Shown: positions 46,101 to 56,442 of the stretch, piece after piece
Numbering within the stretch: the stretch's first letter is position 1
Layout of the letters: each line of letters begins with the position of its first letter
Assembly (NCBI GenBank): GCA_009841115.1
Contig: VXML01000109.1
Location: 38,911 to 102,910, forward strand
Direction of reading: 5' to 3'
DNA from: Gemmatimonadota bacterium
Lineage (GTDB): Bacteria > Latescibacterota > UBA2968 > UBA8231
Length of the DNA: 64,000 nucleotides
Made by a program: the position numbers and the translations under genes
Notes under the pieces: generated by a model
What the model was told of the DNA's origin: nothing
Databases searched by the model: none
What the model saw: only the letters and a program-made list of their open reading frames with translations

Positions 46101-46326
46101 CCATCGCAATACAGCCTATGTCACCAGCGGTCGCTACGGTATCTACGACCACGAGGCGTATCGCCAGCGCCTCGACGCCGTGCGCGGCTTCGTCCTCTCG
46201 TATGTGCGAGCTATGCGCCGTGGGACATTCCGCGTCACCACTCACGACCCAGACAAAATCTGCCCGCATTGCCCTTATCAGCAAAGCTGCCGCCTCAATC
46301 CCCAGCGCATGAGGGCCTTGTCGTGA
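43117..46326 (+). CDS. addB: AddB-like helicase-nuclease subunit (PD-(D/E)xK nuclease with an Fe-S cysteine staple)
   Basis: C-terminal GRCPFRFF ... GKIDRIDRTADGSFVVFDYKTG ... CPHCPYQQSC. The ATG at 43117 (MGELTLIYGP) is preferred; the track start at 42853 overlaps the divergent gene. Confidence 0.75.
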   Translation: MGELTLIYGPAHPDKISPAYERCLTHLDAGDGESFLWLFPTHFQAQLMRRQLLRASRTSLLTGHLALDLNSFTDILYSLCPSQRPALPLSAQRLLVEDALAASAANAPYYSRQPERLSRGLTQLFRRLEETGTQPSDLGGTTQRSAELQVLYAAYLERLADGWSGSRERFATVDAHLDRSTLAQRFPDLDLLVLCGFVEMPAPFLPVLDKLLSLVPESIALLDYDPEGPSFFARTRPLYEFLHARAIRVEHSAAGQHPAAAFAGRLFTHSRASLDAPVERVACPDRVGEVTAMARRIRQLHQEQGVELAQIRIGFRNLDTYAELVAEVLPRHGLPFYLARGRPLATAPAMNTVFALIDAVLERYSRAALFRLLSLPLVRLRYSLSDQTCTLAAEDFAAWTRNVVSSTGRDTWLAAIEDTFAYLESELGREGEPFSEDIDDFPTRREDQRAELEDLQPLRASLTALFDLLQPLESRQDLPSFRQHLLHALSALGVEDALVEGTAEDGRALARFLDLLDELCAPAAALQPRTLSQFADLLRDAISQAHVSAATRAGIQVTDLAAVGSAPCDYLFIGGLVQGEFPRLPPADIFLEETQRRALNLDEDSTTASERLLFYRAICAPRRGLSLFHPQQSGSETLAPSPFVAELDGLLSPQPETEESNGTPGTLAELHLALGRGLCTARASDSARDALALYSQAAQLDGHATALRHLIRGLHLAELRTIPGSLGNHEGVLDEAPLLDALRTRLGTGHSFSATQLELYGRCPFRFFAQELLNLQPLRNPEDDDSALKRGNLVHRILHRFYAAHGEAAERAENLATNIADLRRQGRQTADEMGLTGFFWDRELEHLLGSDDEEREGVLPRFLRLQAAAANPAIPTHFELSFGSYPGMGERDQQSTTTPYAIDDPETGSEVRIAGKIDRIDRTADGSFVVFDYKTGRMPSVADIDTGLNLQLPLYLLAAESLFGELGLREGAGAAYLMLRDLEDCGRSGLFADATHRNTAYVTSGRYGIYDHEAYRQRLDAVRGFVLSYVRAMRRGTFRVTTHDPDKICPHCPYQQSCRLNPQRMRALS

Positions 46327-49300
46327 AGCGCGCCGTCCCTCTGACACCCGTCCAGCGCATGGCCCTCGACAGCCAGCGCAATATCGCGGTCACTGCCAGC
46401 GCCGGTGCCGGCAAGACCGCAACGCTAGTCGAGCGCTATATTGAGCTGTTGCGCCAGCATCCCGAAATTGGCGTGCGCCAAGTGCTGGCCATCACGTTTA
46501 CCCAAAAGGCTGCAGCGGAAATGCGCGAGCGCATCGCCCGGCGGCTGTCCGACGCCCTCGATCAAGAACTGCCCGAGCCAGAACGGCAGCGCCTGCGACA
46601 AATCCGCGAAGACCTGCCCGCGGCGCGCATTTCCACCATCCACGCCTTTTGTGCAGCCCTGCTGCGCGAGTATCCCATTGAAGCGGACGTGGACCCGGCC
46701 TTCGCAGTCTTAGAGGGAGTAGATGCCGCGCAACTCCGACAGCAAGCCGTGCGCCAAACCCTAGCGTCCCTAGCCCGAGCGCGCGACTCCGACCCCGACA
46801 AAGAAGCCCTGCGGCGCACCTTAGCCGAATGGCCGCGCCGCTATCTCGAACAGGTCTTGGAACACCTGCTTGAAAAAAAGCATCACGCCCGCTCGTGGTG
46901 CCACCACTACGCCGAGCAGTCACCGGATCAAATCCTCAACGACTGGCGCGAGATGCAGCAAACAGCAAGCGCTCCCGCGTGCCGCGCCCTGCTCGATGAC
47001 ACCCAATTCACCGACATGCTCGCAGAGCTTGCCGCGCTCGAATCCCTAACCGACGAGCGCGACTCGGCCGTCGAGCGACTAAACCCGCTCCGCGATTTCA
47101 TGCGCCGGCTGAGCCAAGCACCCCCACTCGACGAAGCCCTAGCAATCCTTCCGCGTCTAGCCGAGGGACTTTTGACCAATGGCAAACCCCTAAGCGGCAG
47201 CCGGTTAGGCAAAAAATCCAATTGGGAGGAAGCCGACCTCGCCCGCGTCCGAGAACTCGTGCCCGCCTTGGGACGTTGCCTCGCTCCGCACGCCGATCTC
47301 CTCAGCCTCGAACTCACTGCGGCCGACGAGCGCGCCGCCGCTGTGCTGCCCGCCCTGTCGCACGTCTTCCTCCGCGCCAATGCGCGCTATGAGAACAGCA
47401 AAGGCAATGGCCGTATGCTGGACATGGACGACCTGCTAGAGAAAAGCCACCAGCTCATCGACGCCAACGCGGACATCCGCCATCGCTTGGCCCAACACTA
47501 TCGCTTCGCGCTGATCGACGAATTCCAAGATACCGATCCCTTGCAGTGGAAAATCATCCGCTCGCTAACGTCGCCGGACGGGCAAATGGCCAGCGACAAA
47601 CTCTTTATAGTCGGCGACCCCAAGCAGTCGATTTACTCGTTCCGCGCAGCCGACGTCACCGTCTTCGCCCGCGTCCGCGACGCCATTGCCGAGGCCAATG
47701 CCGCGCACGAGCGCGAGTCTCGGCCCTTTTGCGACGATGGCGAGGTCCTCGACGCCTCCCCCACCCAGCGGCTCGGCTCCCTCGTCATGGGCGAAAACTT
47801 CCGCACCCTCGCCCAGCCCGTTGCCTTTGTCAACGCGCTCTTTCCCCAGTTTATGCAGGAGATCCCAGACGAGCCTTTTCAAGTCGGCTACGACCCGCTC
47901 ATCGGGTGCCGCTCCGCCGATGTAAGCGAGGGTTCGGTCGAGCTTTTGCTCTTGCCACCCGATGTTAATCGCGACCCCACGGACTCCGCGCGGTGCGAAG
48001 CCCAGTTGGTCGCCCGCCGCCTGAGTCACCTTTTAGAAGGCAACGACCTACAAGTCGCCGACCAAGATGGCCTGCGTCCACCCGTCCCCGGCGACATCGC
48101 CCTGCTCCTGCGCCGCCGCCGCAATCTCTCCGCGTACGAAGACGCGCTGCGGGCCTGCGGCATCCCCTTCCAAGTAGCCGGCGGTCGAGGCTTTTACCAG
48201 CGCCAAGAAATCTACGATATCGCCAATATCCTCCGCGTCCTGTGCAACCTCGGCGACGGCATCGCCCTGATGGGTGCCTTGCGCTCGCCGTACTTCGGTC
48301 TATCGGATAACGCGCTATACGCACTGACCGCACCCGACGGCAGTCGGCTCGCAAAGAATCTCGCGGACGCGGATCAGCGGCAGCGCCTCGCTCCTGCGGA
48401 TCAAGAAGTCTCCACAGACGCCGTCGCCCGACTTCAGTGCTGGGAAGGGCTGCGCGACCGCGTACCCCTCGTCGAGCTACTACACACCATCCTCGAAGAC
48501 ACTGGAGCCTGGGGCTTTCTCTGCTATGGCGAACGCGGAGATCAGGCCGTGGCCAACGTGCACAAACTCCTCGACCTCGCCCGCGAATTCCGCGGCCCCC
48601 TCGCCGACTTCGTGGTCCGTCTTGACTTGTTGACCAATGAAGAACAACAAGAAGGCGAAGCCGTCCTCGACGCGGACGCCTTGCACATCCTGACTGTACA
48701 TGCGGCCAAGGGCTTGGAATTTCCCATCGTCGTAGTGCCCGACTTGGCCGCGCGATTTAACTTTCAAAACAGCGCCCCTGCGCTCATCGATGCGGAAAAG
48801 GGCCTCGGCTTGCGCGTCCTCGACCCCGAGCAGGATTATAAAAGGACCTCCTCCTTTATTCGCACCCTCATCAATCGCAACGCGAGCCGCCGCCAGCGCG
48901 CCGAAGAGAAACGCCTGTTGTACGTGGCTTGCACTCGCGCCCGCGACCACCTGATGCTCGGCGGCGTGCTTACCGATAAGCACTTTGCCGCCGACCTCGA
49001 CGCGGCTACGGACTGTCTCGGTTGGATTTGCGGAAGTTTAGACCTGACAGAGGATGACCTCGCTCGCGGCACCAAGGCAGTTGCAGGCGTGCTATCCCCC
49101 TTGCCCATCTATACCGACCCCAGTGCGTTCCCAGCCACCGCGGCCACTGATCACCAAGCCGAGCTAGCCTTTCGCGCCCTTCGGCTGAGCTCAGGTCGAA
49201 GCCTCGACGCCGCACCCACACAAGCAGCAGACCCGGCGTTGGATATACTCTCGCCGCTCGACGATTCCCAAGACCGGCCCGAATTTGCCGCCAGCGAATT

Positions 49301-49982
49301 GGTCCTCTTCGCCGCAGACCCAGCCGCGCACCATCGCCAGTATGTGCTAAGTCTGCCGCCGTGGCCCCTCGGCCAAGTAGATGCGCCCCGCCGCCGCGGC
49401 ATGCTCTTTGGCCAGTTAGCCCACGCCGGTATAGAGGCCCTGAGCAACAGCCCAGACGCCGACCCCGCAGCCCTCGCTGCCGACCTCGTCGCCGCCGCCA
49501 CCTTGCCCGTAGCATCCTATCGCGACCCGTTCGAACACGAGTTGACCGCTCTATTGCACCGCTGCCGCCAATCGCCCTTAGCCACGCACTGGCGCACTCA
49601 TACAGAGGCCCGCACCGAAGTGCGCTTTACTCTCTCGCTGGAGCGCGGGTTAGTACATGGAGTGGTCGATTACATAGGGCGTGGGGCCGACGGACTGTGG
49701 GAACTAGTCGATTACAAAACCGGCCATCGCGCGAATATCGAAGAGGCAGTACAATACTACCGTCTCCAGTTGGAAATCTACGCCCTCTGCTTACAGGCCC
49801 TTCACCCGGGTCAAGGCGAATACCGCGCTACGCTGTACTTTACCGACTTAGACGAGGCGCGTCTCGTGCGTTTCACACCAGCCGATCTAGCCGCGGCCCG
49901 CACCCGCCTCGACGACCTCGTCGCCCAACTTATTGCGGCCAAAGCCGCAGCAAGCGGATCAATGCTCACAGGAATGCTATAA
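46323..49982 (+). CDS. addA: AddA/UvrD-family helicase-nuclease subunit
   Basis: VTASAGAGKTATLVERY (Walker A), FALIDEFQDTDP, and C-terminal VHGVVDYIGRGADGLWELVDYKTG nuclease motif. The GTG at 46323 overlaps the addB TGA (GTGA). Confidence 0.85.
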   Translation: MKRAVPLTPVQRMALDSQRNIAVTASAGAGKTATLVERYIELLRQHPEIGVRQVLAITFTQKAAAEMRERIARRLSDALDQELPEPERQRLRQIREDLPAARISTIHAFCAALLREYPIEADVDPAFAVLEGVDAAQLRQQAVRQTLASLARARDSDPDKEALRRTLAEWPRRYLEQVLEHLLEKKHHARSWCHHYAEQSPDQILNDWREMQQTASAPACRALLDDTQFTDMLAELAALESLTDERDSAVERLNPLRDFMRRLSQAPPLDEALAILPRLAEGLLTNGKPLSGSRLGKKSNWEEADLARVRELVPALGRCLAPHADLLSLELTAADERAAAVLPALSHVFLRANARYENSKGNGRMLDMDDLLEKSHQLIDANADIRHRLAQHYRFALIDEFQDTDPLQWKIIRSLTSPDGQMASDKLFIVGDPKQSIYSFRAADVTVFARVRDAIAEANAAHERESRPFCDDGEVLDASPTQRLGSLVMGENFRTLAQPVAFVNALFPQFMQEIPDEPFQVGYDPLIGCRSADVSEGSVELLLLPPDVNRDPTDSARCEAQLVARRLSHLLEGNDLQVADQDGLRPPVPGDIALLLRRRRNLSAYEDALRACGIPFQVAGGRGFYQRQEIYDIANILRVLCNLGDGIALMGALRSPYFGLSDNALYALTAPDGSRLAKNLADADQRQRLAPADQEVSTDAVARLQCWEGLRDRVPLVELLHTILEDTGAWGFLCYGERGDQAVANVHKLLDLAREFRGPLADFVVRLDLLTNEEQQEGEAVLDADALHILTVHAAKGLEFPIVVVPDLAARFNFQNSAPALIDAEKGLGLRVLDPEQDYKRTSSFIRTLINRNASRRQRAEEKRLLYVACTRARDHLMLGGVLTDKHFAADLDAATDCLGWICGSLDLTEDDLARGTKAVAGVLSPLPIYTDPSAFPATAATDHQAELAFRALRLSSGRSLDAAPTQAADPALDILSPLDDSQDRPEFAASELVLFAADPAAHHRQYVLSLPPWPLGQVDAPRRRGMLFGQLAHAGIEALSNSPDADPAALAADLVAAATLPVASYRDPFEHELTALLHRCRQSPLATHWRTHTEARTEVRFTLSLERGLVHGVVDYIGRGADGLWELVDYKTGHRANIEEAVQYYRLQLEIYALCLQALHPGQGEYRATLYFTDLDEARLVRFTPADLAAARTRLDDLVAQLIAAKAAASGSMLTGML

Positions 49983-52213
49983 TGTTTTACTCTACCCTTT
50001 TCCTAGTCGTCGCATCCCTAGCCGCCTGTACAGCTCCCGAACAAGCTCGGCCGTCCGCTGCGGGTACCCAACGCATGGCCGAGCGTCTGCAACAAATTGC
50101 CCACAACCAAAATCCGGTTTCCAACATCTATCTGAACGACTTGCGGGTGGAGCACTTCAGCAGCCGACAAGACCTCTTATCTCCTTTGGCCCTCATGCGG
50201 GCCCGAATTCTATTGGCCCGGGAGCGCCTGCGAGCCGGCCAGACGCAGGCTTCCATTGACGAATTCCAGCAGTTGCGGCCCGAGCTTGAAAAGCGCCAAG
50301 TCCGCATGGAGCCGAGCCTAGACATGCTCTTGGGCCTCGCCTATCTGCGCTTGGGCGAGCAGGTCAATTGTCTGGAGGGTCATACTACCGCCTCGTGTCT
50401 CTTCCCCATCGGTCCCGACGGCGTTCACGCCGACCCACATGGATCGCGGACGGCCCTGTCTTACTTGGTCACTGTCCTAGAGCAAAATCCCGACGATTTG
50501 ACTGCTCGCTGGCTCCTCAACATCGCCTATATGACCTTAGGAGAATACCCCGACCAAGTCCCAGCCCAGTGGCTTATCGCACCAGCGCTCTTCGTCTCCG
50601 AATACGACATCGGCCACTTCCCCGACATCGCTCCCTTTCTGAGGCTCGACTTGGTATCCCTAGCCGGCGGCAGCATCATGGACGACTTTGACAACGACGG
50701 GTTTCTCGACCTGATGATCTCGGCCTGGGGGCTGCACGACCAACTCCGCTATTTTCGCAACCAAGGCGACGGCACTTTCAGCGAGCGCACGCGGGAAGCC
50801 GGTCTTACCGGTATAACCGGTGGTCTGCAACTGGTCCACGCCGACTTCGACAACGACGGTTGGCTCGATTTTCTGGCTGTGCGCGGGGCTTGGCAAGGGA
50901 TCGACGGCCAGCATCCCAATTCGCTGGTGCGCAACCAAGGCGACGGCACCTTTGCCGATGTGACCGAAGCAGCGGGCTTGCTCAGCTTTCACCCCACCCA
51001 AACGGCGGCTTGGGCTGACGTCGATAGCGACGGCCTGCTGGACCTATTCGTCGGCAACGAGACCTTTCCCGGCCTCAACGATGTCCACCCCGGTGAACTC
51101 TTCCACAATCAAGGCGACGGTACCTTCGTCGAAAAGGCCGCCTCGCTCGGTTTGGCCGTCGAGGGTTTTGTCAAGGGCGCTACTTGGGGCGACTTCGACA
51201 ACGATGGGCAGATCGACTTGTACGTCTCGCGTCTGATGGGCGACAATTTCCTCTTCCACAACCGAGGACCCGAACCAGCCGAGGGCCTGCCCTTCGCGGA
51301 TGTGGCTGGCCGGGCCGGGGTCAAGCGACCGCACGAGAGTTTTCCCACTTGGTTTTGGGACTTCGACAACGACGGCTGGCTCGACTTGTTCGCCTCGGGT
51401 TATCACTACAACCCCGATCTCAACGCCGGGGATGTCGCAGCCGACTATCTGGGCGTGCCCACCGACGCCGAACGGGCCCGGCTTTTTCGCAACCGAGGCA
51501 ATGGCACCTTTGCCGATGTCAGCCAAACCCACCACCTCCACAAAGTGCTCTATACGATGGGGTGCAATTACGTCGATCTAGACAACGATGGCTGGCTCGA
51601 TTTCTATGTTGGTACGGGCGCACCTTCCCTGCGCTCGGTGATGCCCAACCGCATGTTTCGCAATGCTAGCGGGCATGTCTTTCAGGATGTCACTACCTCG
51701 GGCGGCTTCGGCCATTTGCAGAAAGGACACGGCGTGGCCGTCGGCGATTTGGACAACGATGGCGACCAAGATATCTACGCGGTCATAGGCGGGGCCTATA
51801 CGGGGGATACCTTCCAGAATGTCCTCTTCGAAAATCCCGGTCACGGGAACCGCTGGATCACCTTATTGCTGGAAGGCACCCGGGCCAACCGCAGTGCCAT
51901 TGGAGCCCGCGTCGAGATCCAAGTGGAAACTGCGGAGGGCATTCGGTCAATCCACCGGATGGTGAGCAGCGGTGCCAGCTTCGGAGCTTCGAGTCTGCAA
52001 CAGGAAATTGGTCTGGGACAGGCCACGGCCATCCGGGAAATTGCGGTGATCTGGCCGGGCGAGGACGCGGTTCAGCGCTTTGCGGATGTTCCGTTGGACC
52101 AAGCTTATCGGGTGCGGCAAGGCGAAGCGGCCTTGATTCCATTAGTGCGGAAGTCCGTATCTCTGGCACCCGAGCGGGATGCCCAAGGCCACCACAGCCC
52201 TGCTCACAATTGA
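49982..52213 (+). CDS. CRTAC1-family lipoprotein (TPR-like N-region, FG-GAP/VCBS repeats, ASPIC/UnbV C-domain)
   Basis: The ATG at 49982 gives MFYSTLFLVVASLAAC (lipobox). Repeated FDNDGWLD/DxDNDGxxD motifs. C-terminal NRWITLLLEGTRANRSAIGARVEI...SGASFGASS. The track start at 49361 is an in-frame extension inside addA. Confidence 0.8.
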   Translation: MFYSTLFLVVASLAACTAPEQARPSAAGTQRMAERLQQIAHNQNPVSNIYLNDLRVEHFSSRQDLLSPLALMRARILLARERLRAGQTQASIDEFQQLRPELEKRQVRMEPSLDMLLGLAYLRLGEQVNCLEGHTTASCLFPIGPDGVHADPHGSRTALSYLVTVLEQNPDDLTARWLLNIAYMTLGEYPDQVPAQWLIAPALFVSEYDIGHFPDIAPFLRLDLVSLAGGSIMDDFDNDGFLDLMISAWGLHDQLRYFRNQGDGTFSERTREAGLTGITGGLQLVHADFDNDGWLDFLAVRGAWQGIDGQHPNSLVRNQGDGTFADVTEAAGLLSFHPTQTAAWADVDSDGLLDLFVGNETFPGLNDVHPGELFHNQGDGTFVEKAASLGLAVEGFVKGATWGDFDNDGQIDLYVSRLMGDNFLFHNRGPEPAEGLPFADVAGRAGVKRPHESFPTWFWDFDNDGWLDLFASGYHYNPDLNAGDVAADYLGVPTDAERARLFRNRGNGTFADVSQTHHLHKVLYTMGCNYVDLDNDGWLDFYVGTGAPSLRSVMPNRMFRNASGHVFQDVTTSGGFGHLQKGHGVAVGDLDNDGDQDIYAVIGGAYTGDTFQNVLFENPGHGNRWITLLLEGTRANRSAIGARVEIQVETAEGIRSIHRMVSSGASFGASSLQQEIGLGQATAIREIAVIWPGEDAVQRFADVPLDQAYRVRQGEAALIPLVRKSVSLAPERDAQGHHSPAHN

Positions 52214-52224
52214 CGAGCCTGCTA

Positions 52225-52458
52225 TCAGTTGTTCACCCCTCCCATACCCCCCTGCATCGCTGCGGCGCGGGCCAAAACCGCCAGCACCTCTTCGCGCAAG
52301 GCCTCCGGCAAGTCCGCGAAGTCGATCTGCCTAGCCCCGCTCGGCAACTCGATCCGGCTCTTGTTCCACCCCTCTTCCGCGCGGCACCACCGGATTGTCA
52401 AACCATTGCCCAAGCGTATGAAATACGCCCCATCATCTGTGTAAAGTGTCGCTTGCAT
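52225..52458 (-). CDS. Small hypothetical protein
   Basis: 77-aa ORF in an otherwise unassigned gap, with protein-like composition and no motif recognised. It may be spurious. Confidence 0.35.
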   Translation of the reverse strand: MQATLYTDDGAYFIRLGNGLTIRWCRAEEGWNKSRIELPSGARQIDFADLPEALREEVLAVLARAAAMQGGMGGVNN

Positions 52459-52556
52459 AGAGTTCCTCTCGCTGAATTGCGTCGTTTGCGTTCACCGCCC
52501 GACGGCGTACTTTTTTAAGCATTCCCAACGCAGCAGACAAATCACTAGGACATTTA

Positions 52557-54251
52557 ATGCAGATTTCTGCCCTGCGGGCCGCGGCCGATTTCAGCACCCA
52601 AGTGCAGCGGGCCGCCGAGCGCCTCGCCGCCGAGCGCGTCTATGACCGCATCCTCGCGCGCGATCACACGGTCTGGCGACCCGACCCGACCGAGATTGCC
52701 AATCGACTCGGATGGCTCGACAGCCCCCGCGTCATGCGGGACGCCATCGGCCCCATCCGCCAAGCCATCAACGCCGCCTGCGCCGATGGCTACACCCACG
52801 CCCTGCTGTTGGGCATGGGCGGCTCTAGCCTCGCACCAGAAGTGTTTCGCGCGGTCTTTGGCGTGGCCGATGGATTTCTCGACCTCTCGGTGCTCGACAG
52901 CACCCAGCCCGACGCCGTCTTGGCCAAGGCGCGCGCGCTCGACCCAGCCCGCACCCTATTTCTCCCGGCCACCAAGTCCGGCGGCACTGTAGAGACGCTG
53001 TCCTTGCTCAAGTACTTCTACAACCACACCGCTGACGTCCTCGGACCCGCAGAAGCCGGCCAGCACTTCGCCGCCATCACCGACCCGGGCAGCGGCCTCG
53101 AAACCCTCGCGCAACGCCTCGGTTTTCGCCACATCTTCCGCAACGACCCCGACATCGGCGGGCGCTACTCAGCCCTGTCGTATTATGGCCTAGTCGCGGC
53201 TGGTGCCATTGGCGCGGATCTCGACCGCCTGCTCGATCGGGCCGAGCAAGCTACTGCCGATCCGCAACCGGGCATTCAACTCGGGGCCTTTCTCGGCGCG
53301 GGTGCCCTTGCCGGCCGCGACAAGCTAACCCTCATCACTTCGCCAGCCATCAGTGCAGTGGGTGCTTGGATCGAGCAACTCATCGCCGAGAGCACCGGCA
53401 AAGACGGCAAGGGCCTGCTACCAATCGATCTAGAGCCTGAATGTGCCGCTCACACCTACGGACCCGACCGGCTCTTCGTCCACCTCCGTTTGGACGACGC
53501 AGCCGATGCCCGCGCCCAAGCCATTGCAGCAGCCGGGCACCCCGTCTTGTGCCTCCAGCTAGCGGACGCCTACGATCTCGGCGCGGCCTTCTTTCACTGG
53601 GAAATTGCCACGGCCATCGCCGGATTCTTCCTCGGCATTCATCCCTTCGACCAGCCCGATGTCGAGGCAGCCAAGGAGCTGGCCCGCCAGATGGTAGCCG
53701 CCTATCAGCAACGCGGTGCGCTGCCTGCGCCCACGCCCGACCTCGTCGATGGCCTCGCGCTATATGGACCGGTGGAGGATACCACCCTGCCACAGGCTTT
53801 GGCGCATTTTTTAGAAAAAGGCGAACCGGGGGGTGCGTATATTGCCCTGCAAGCACATCTCCCCCCGACCCCGACGACCACCGCTGCCCTACAGGACTTA
53901 CGCCGCCAGCTACTAACGCGCACCGGCCTAGCCACGACCCTCGGCTTTGGCCCGCGCTTCCTGCACTCGACCGGCCAATTGCACAAGGGCGACGCCGGAC
54001 GCGGACTTTTCATTCAGCTAACAGCCGACTCAGCAGAGGACGTGCCGATTCCCGACGAAGCCGGGGCTGCAGATTCTAGCATCACTTTTGGCGTCCTCGC
54101 CCAAGCCCAAGCTCTCGGCGACCGCCAAGCCCTCGTCGATCAAGGGCGGGCCGTACTCCGCATCCATTTAGGTGCGGACATCGACGCGGGCCTTGCCTTG
54201 TTGCGCCGCGCCTTAGACTCAAACAACGACCCCAAAGGAGAAGTCCAATGA
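52557..54251 (+). CDS. pgi: Glucose-6-phosphate isomerase (PGI domain of the transaldolase/PGI-type family)
   Basis: [15 protein letters not shown] and [13 protein letters not shown] are SIS-domain PGI signatures. Confidence 0.8.
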   Translation: MQISALRAAADFSTQVQRAAERLAAERVYDRILARDHTVWRPDPTEIANRLGWLDSPRVMRDAIGPIRQAINAACADGYTHALLLGMGGSSLAPEVFRAVFGVADGFLDLSVLDSTQPDAVLAKARALDPARTLFLPATKSGGTVETLSLLKYFYNHTADVLGPAEAGQHFAAITDPGSGLETLAQRLGFRHIFRNDPDIGGRYSALSYYGLVAAGAIGADLDRLLDRAEQATADPQPGIQLGAFLGAGALAGRDKLTLITSPAISAVGAWIEQLIAESTGKDGKGLLPIDLEPECAAHTYGPDRLFVHLRLDDAADARAQAIAAAGHPVLCLQLADAYDLGAAFFHWEIATAIAGFFLGIHPFDQPDVEAAKELARQMVAAYQQRGALPAPTPDLVDGLALYGPVEDTTLPQALAHFLEKGEPGGAYIALQAHLPPTPTTTAALQDLRRQLLTRTGLATTLGFGPRFLHSTGQLHKGDAGRGLFIQLTADSAEDVPIPDEAGAADSSITFGVLAQAQALGDRQALVDQGRAVLRIHLGADIDAGLALLRRALDSNNDPKGEVQ

Positions 54252-55702
54252 GCCGAGCAGACATCGGCCTAATCGGCCTAGCCGTAATGGGCGAAAACCT
54301 CGTCCTCAACATGGCTAGCCACGGTTTCACCGTTGCCGTTTACAACCGCACAACCACTAAGGTCGATGCCTTTATGGAAGGCCGCGCCCGCGGTCAATCC
54401 ATCATCGGCACCCACTCGCCAGCCGAACTGCTCGCTCAACTCAAAAAGCCGCGCCGCGTGATGCTAATGGTGCAAGCCGGCCAAGCCGTGGACCGCGTCA
54501 TAGCCGAACTCGTGCCCTTGCTCGACGAAGGTGACATTCTCATCGACGGCGGCAACTCCAACTACCAAGACACGACTCGCCGCACCCAAGATCTAGCGGC
54601 CAAAGGCTTGCTCTACGTAGGCACTGGCGTCTCCGGCGGCGAGGAGGGTGCGCTCAAAGGTCCGAGCATCATGCCCGGTGGCAACCCCGCCGCCTGGCCC
54701 CACATCAAAGACCTCTTTCAAGCCATTGCCGCCAAAGTAGAAGACGGCAGCCCGTGCTGCGACTGGGTGGGCCACGACGGCGCTGGCCACTACGTGAAAA
54801 TGGTCCACAACGGCATCGAGTACGGCGACATGCAGATGATAGCCGAGGCATACGCCCTGATGCGCGAAGGGCTCGGCATTGAGCCGCAGGCACAGAGCGA
54901 AATTTTCCAGCAATGGAACGAGGGCGAACTCGACAGTTACCTTATCGAAATCACCGGCGATATTCTCGCCAAGATCGACGACGAGACCGGCCAGCCAATG
55001 GTCGATGTAATACTCGACACGGCTGGCCAAAAGGGCACCGGCAAGTGGACCGGCATCGACGCCCTGCAATTGGGCGCTCCAGTAACCGCCATTACCGAGG
55101 CGGTATTTAGCCGCGCCCTATCCTTCCTCAAAGACGAGCGCGTAGCTGCGGCTGAAGTTCTCCAAGGCCCAGACGCTTCATTCACTGGTGACAAAGACGC
55201 TTTCGTCGCAGACATCCGCCAAGCACTGTACGCAGCCAAAATTTGCTCCTACGCCCAAGGCTATCAATTGCTCGCCCTCGCCGCCCGCGAATATGGCTGG
55301 GACCTCAACTACGGCGGCATTGCCCTGCTGTGGCGCGGCGGCTGCATTATTCGCGCTCAGTTTTTAGGCCGTATCAAGGAAGCCTTTGACGCAGATCCAA
55401 CGCTGGCCAATCTGCTGCTCGCGCCTTACTTCAGCGCAGCACTCGCGCAAACTCAAGCGTCTTGGCGCAGAGTCGTGGCCACGGCCGCGACCCTCGGCAT
55501 CCCCGTGCCGACCTTTGCCAGCGCCCTCGCGTACTACGACGGCTATCGCTCTGCCCGCCTGCCCGCCAATCTACTCCAGGCCCAACGCGACTACTTCGGT
55601 GCCCACACCTATGAGCGTACCGATAAGCCGCGCGGCATGTTCTTTCACACTAACTGGACCGGGCGCGGAGGAACGACGGCATCGACGGCTTACAACGTCT
55701 AG
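54248..55702 (+). CDS. gnd: 6-phosphogluconate dehydrogenase (decarboxylating)
   Basis: [47 protein letters not shown]. It overlaps the pgi stop by 4 nt. Confidence 0.95.
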   Translation: MSRADIGLIGLAVMGENLVLNMASHGFTVAVYNRTTTKVDAFMEGRARGQSIIGTHSPAELLAQLKKPRRVMLMVQAGQAVDRVIAELVPLLDEGDILIDGGNSNYQDTTRRTQDLAAKGLLYVGTGVSGGEEGALKGPSIMPGGNPAAWPHIKDLFQAIAAKVEDGSPCCDWVGHDGAGHYVKMVHNGIEYGDMQMIAEAYALMREGLGIEPQAQSEIFQQWNEGELDSYLIEITGDILAKIDDETGQPMVDVILDTAGQKGTGKWTGIDALQLGAPVTAITEAVFSRALSFLKDERVAAAEVLQGPDASFTGDKDAFVADIRQALYAAKICSYAQGYQLLALAAREYGWDLNYGGIALLWRGGCIIRAQFLGRIKEAFDADPTLANLLLAPYFSAALAQTQASWRRVVATAATLGIPVPTFASALAYYDGYRSARLPANLLQAQRDYFGAHTYERTDKPRGMFFHTNWTGRGGTTASTAYNV

Positions 55703-55784
55703 TTCACAAAAAAGCATATAGCAAAAGCTGTATTGACATGCCCAATTTGTCGCATACAGTCGCTAGCAATCTATTACAAAAAAA

Positions 55785-55827
55785 GCCCCTGTTGTCGTCC
55801 TTTTTTCGAATGACAACAGGGGCTTTT
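55785..55827 (+). terminator. Rho-independent terminator after gnd
   Basis: GCCCCTGTTGTC (55785-55796) pairs with GACAACAGGGGC (55812-55823), followed by TTTT. Confidence 0.8.
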
Positions 55828-55990
55828 CTCTAGTACCTCCGGTAGAAAATGGGAATATTTGCTGCATCTTCTTTTTTTGTTTCTCCGTTAGCGCGCGCAA
55901 TACCATTCTACGGTGCATTTGCTAAATGCTATATTTTTTTTAAATTTGGAAATGTTATACATACACTTACTTAAGATGAAAGGATTTCTT

Positions 55991-56419
55991 ATGCCGACCC
56001 TCGCAACCCTGCTAAGGGAAGAGATCAGCAAGATCGTCCGCAGAGAAGTGCAAGACCAAGTGCGCGAGTTAAAGAAAACAGTCGCTCGCTTGGAAAAGAC
56101 GTCCCCTCCGGCAAAAGCAAAGGCAAAAGCCCCTGCTAAACCAGCCGCCAAACCAGCCGCCAAACCAGCCGCCAAAACCAGCAAAGCATCCACCGGCGAC
56201 AAGAGAAAACAACTCCGCATCTCACCGAATACAATCAAGAAGCATCGCAAGCGCCTCAAGCTCTCCCAAGCCGATCTCGGCAAGCTACTCAATGTTAGCA
56301 CCAACACCGTTCTGCGCTGGGAAGCGGGCACATCTAAACCGCGTAGCAAGCACCTCCCGGGACTTGGTCAACTCCGTTCCATAAGCATGCGGGAACTCAA
56401 GAAACAACTCGGCCAATAA
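55991..56419 (+). CDS. XRE-type helix-turn-helix protein with a lysine/alanine/proline-rich (histone H1-like) linker
   Basis: C-terminal IKKHRKRLKLSQADLGKLLNVSTNTVLRWEAGTSKP is an HTH_XRE signature. Central KAKAKAPAKPAAKPAAKPAAK. The ATG at 55991 follows AAAGGA; ATG 55976 and the track start 55913 are alternatives. Confidence 0.7.
   Translation: MPTLATLLREEISKIVRREVQDQVRELKKTVARLEKTSPPAKAKAKAPAKPAAKPAAKPAAKTSKASTGDKRKQLRISPNTIKKHRKRLKLSQADLGKLLNVSTNTVLRWEAGTSKPRSKHLPGLGQLRSISMRELKKQLGQ
56138..56173 (+). repeat. Perfect 12-bp x 3 in-frame tandem repeat (AAACCAGCCGCC) encoding a KPAA-type repeat
   Basis: Read directly: three identical units at 56138-56149, 56150-56161 and 56162-56173, followed by a degenerate partial unit. 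Confidence 0.9.
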
Positions 56420-56442
56420 CAGGCTTTACAGAACCAACAAAA

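Noticed and set aside
49361-49981. N-terminal 207-codon extension of the CRTAC1-like ORF
   Set aside because: The extension lies entirely within addA in another frame and is Arg/Pro-rich. The ATG at 49982 gives a clean lipoprotein signal peptide.
55733-55827. Possible small RNA: TTGACA-N16-TACAGT promoter-like sequence followed about 25 nt later by the strong hairpin terminator
   Set aside because: The hairpin is more simply the gnd terminator. The -10 is weak, and the putative transcript would be little more than the terminator itself. There is no supporting conservation evidence.
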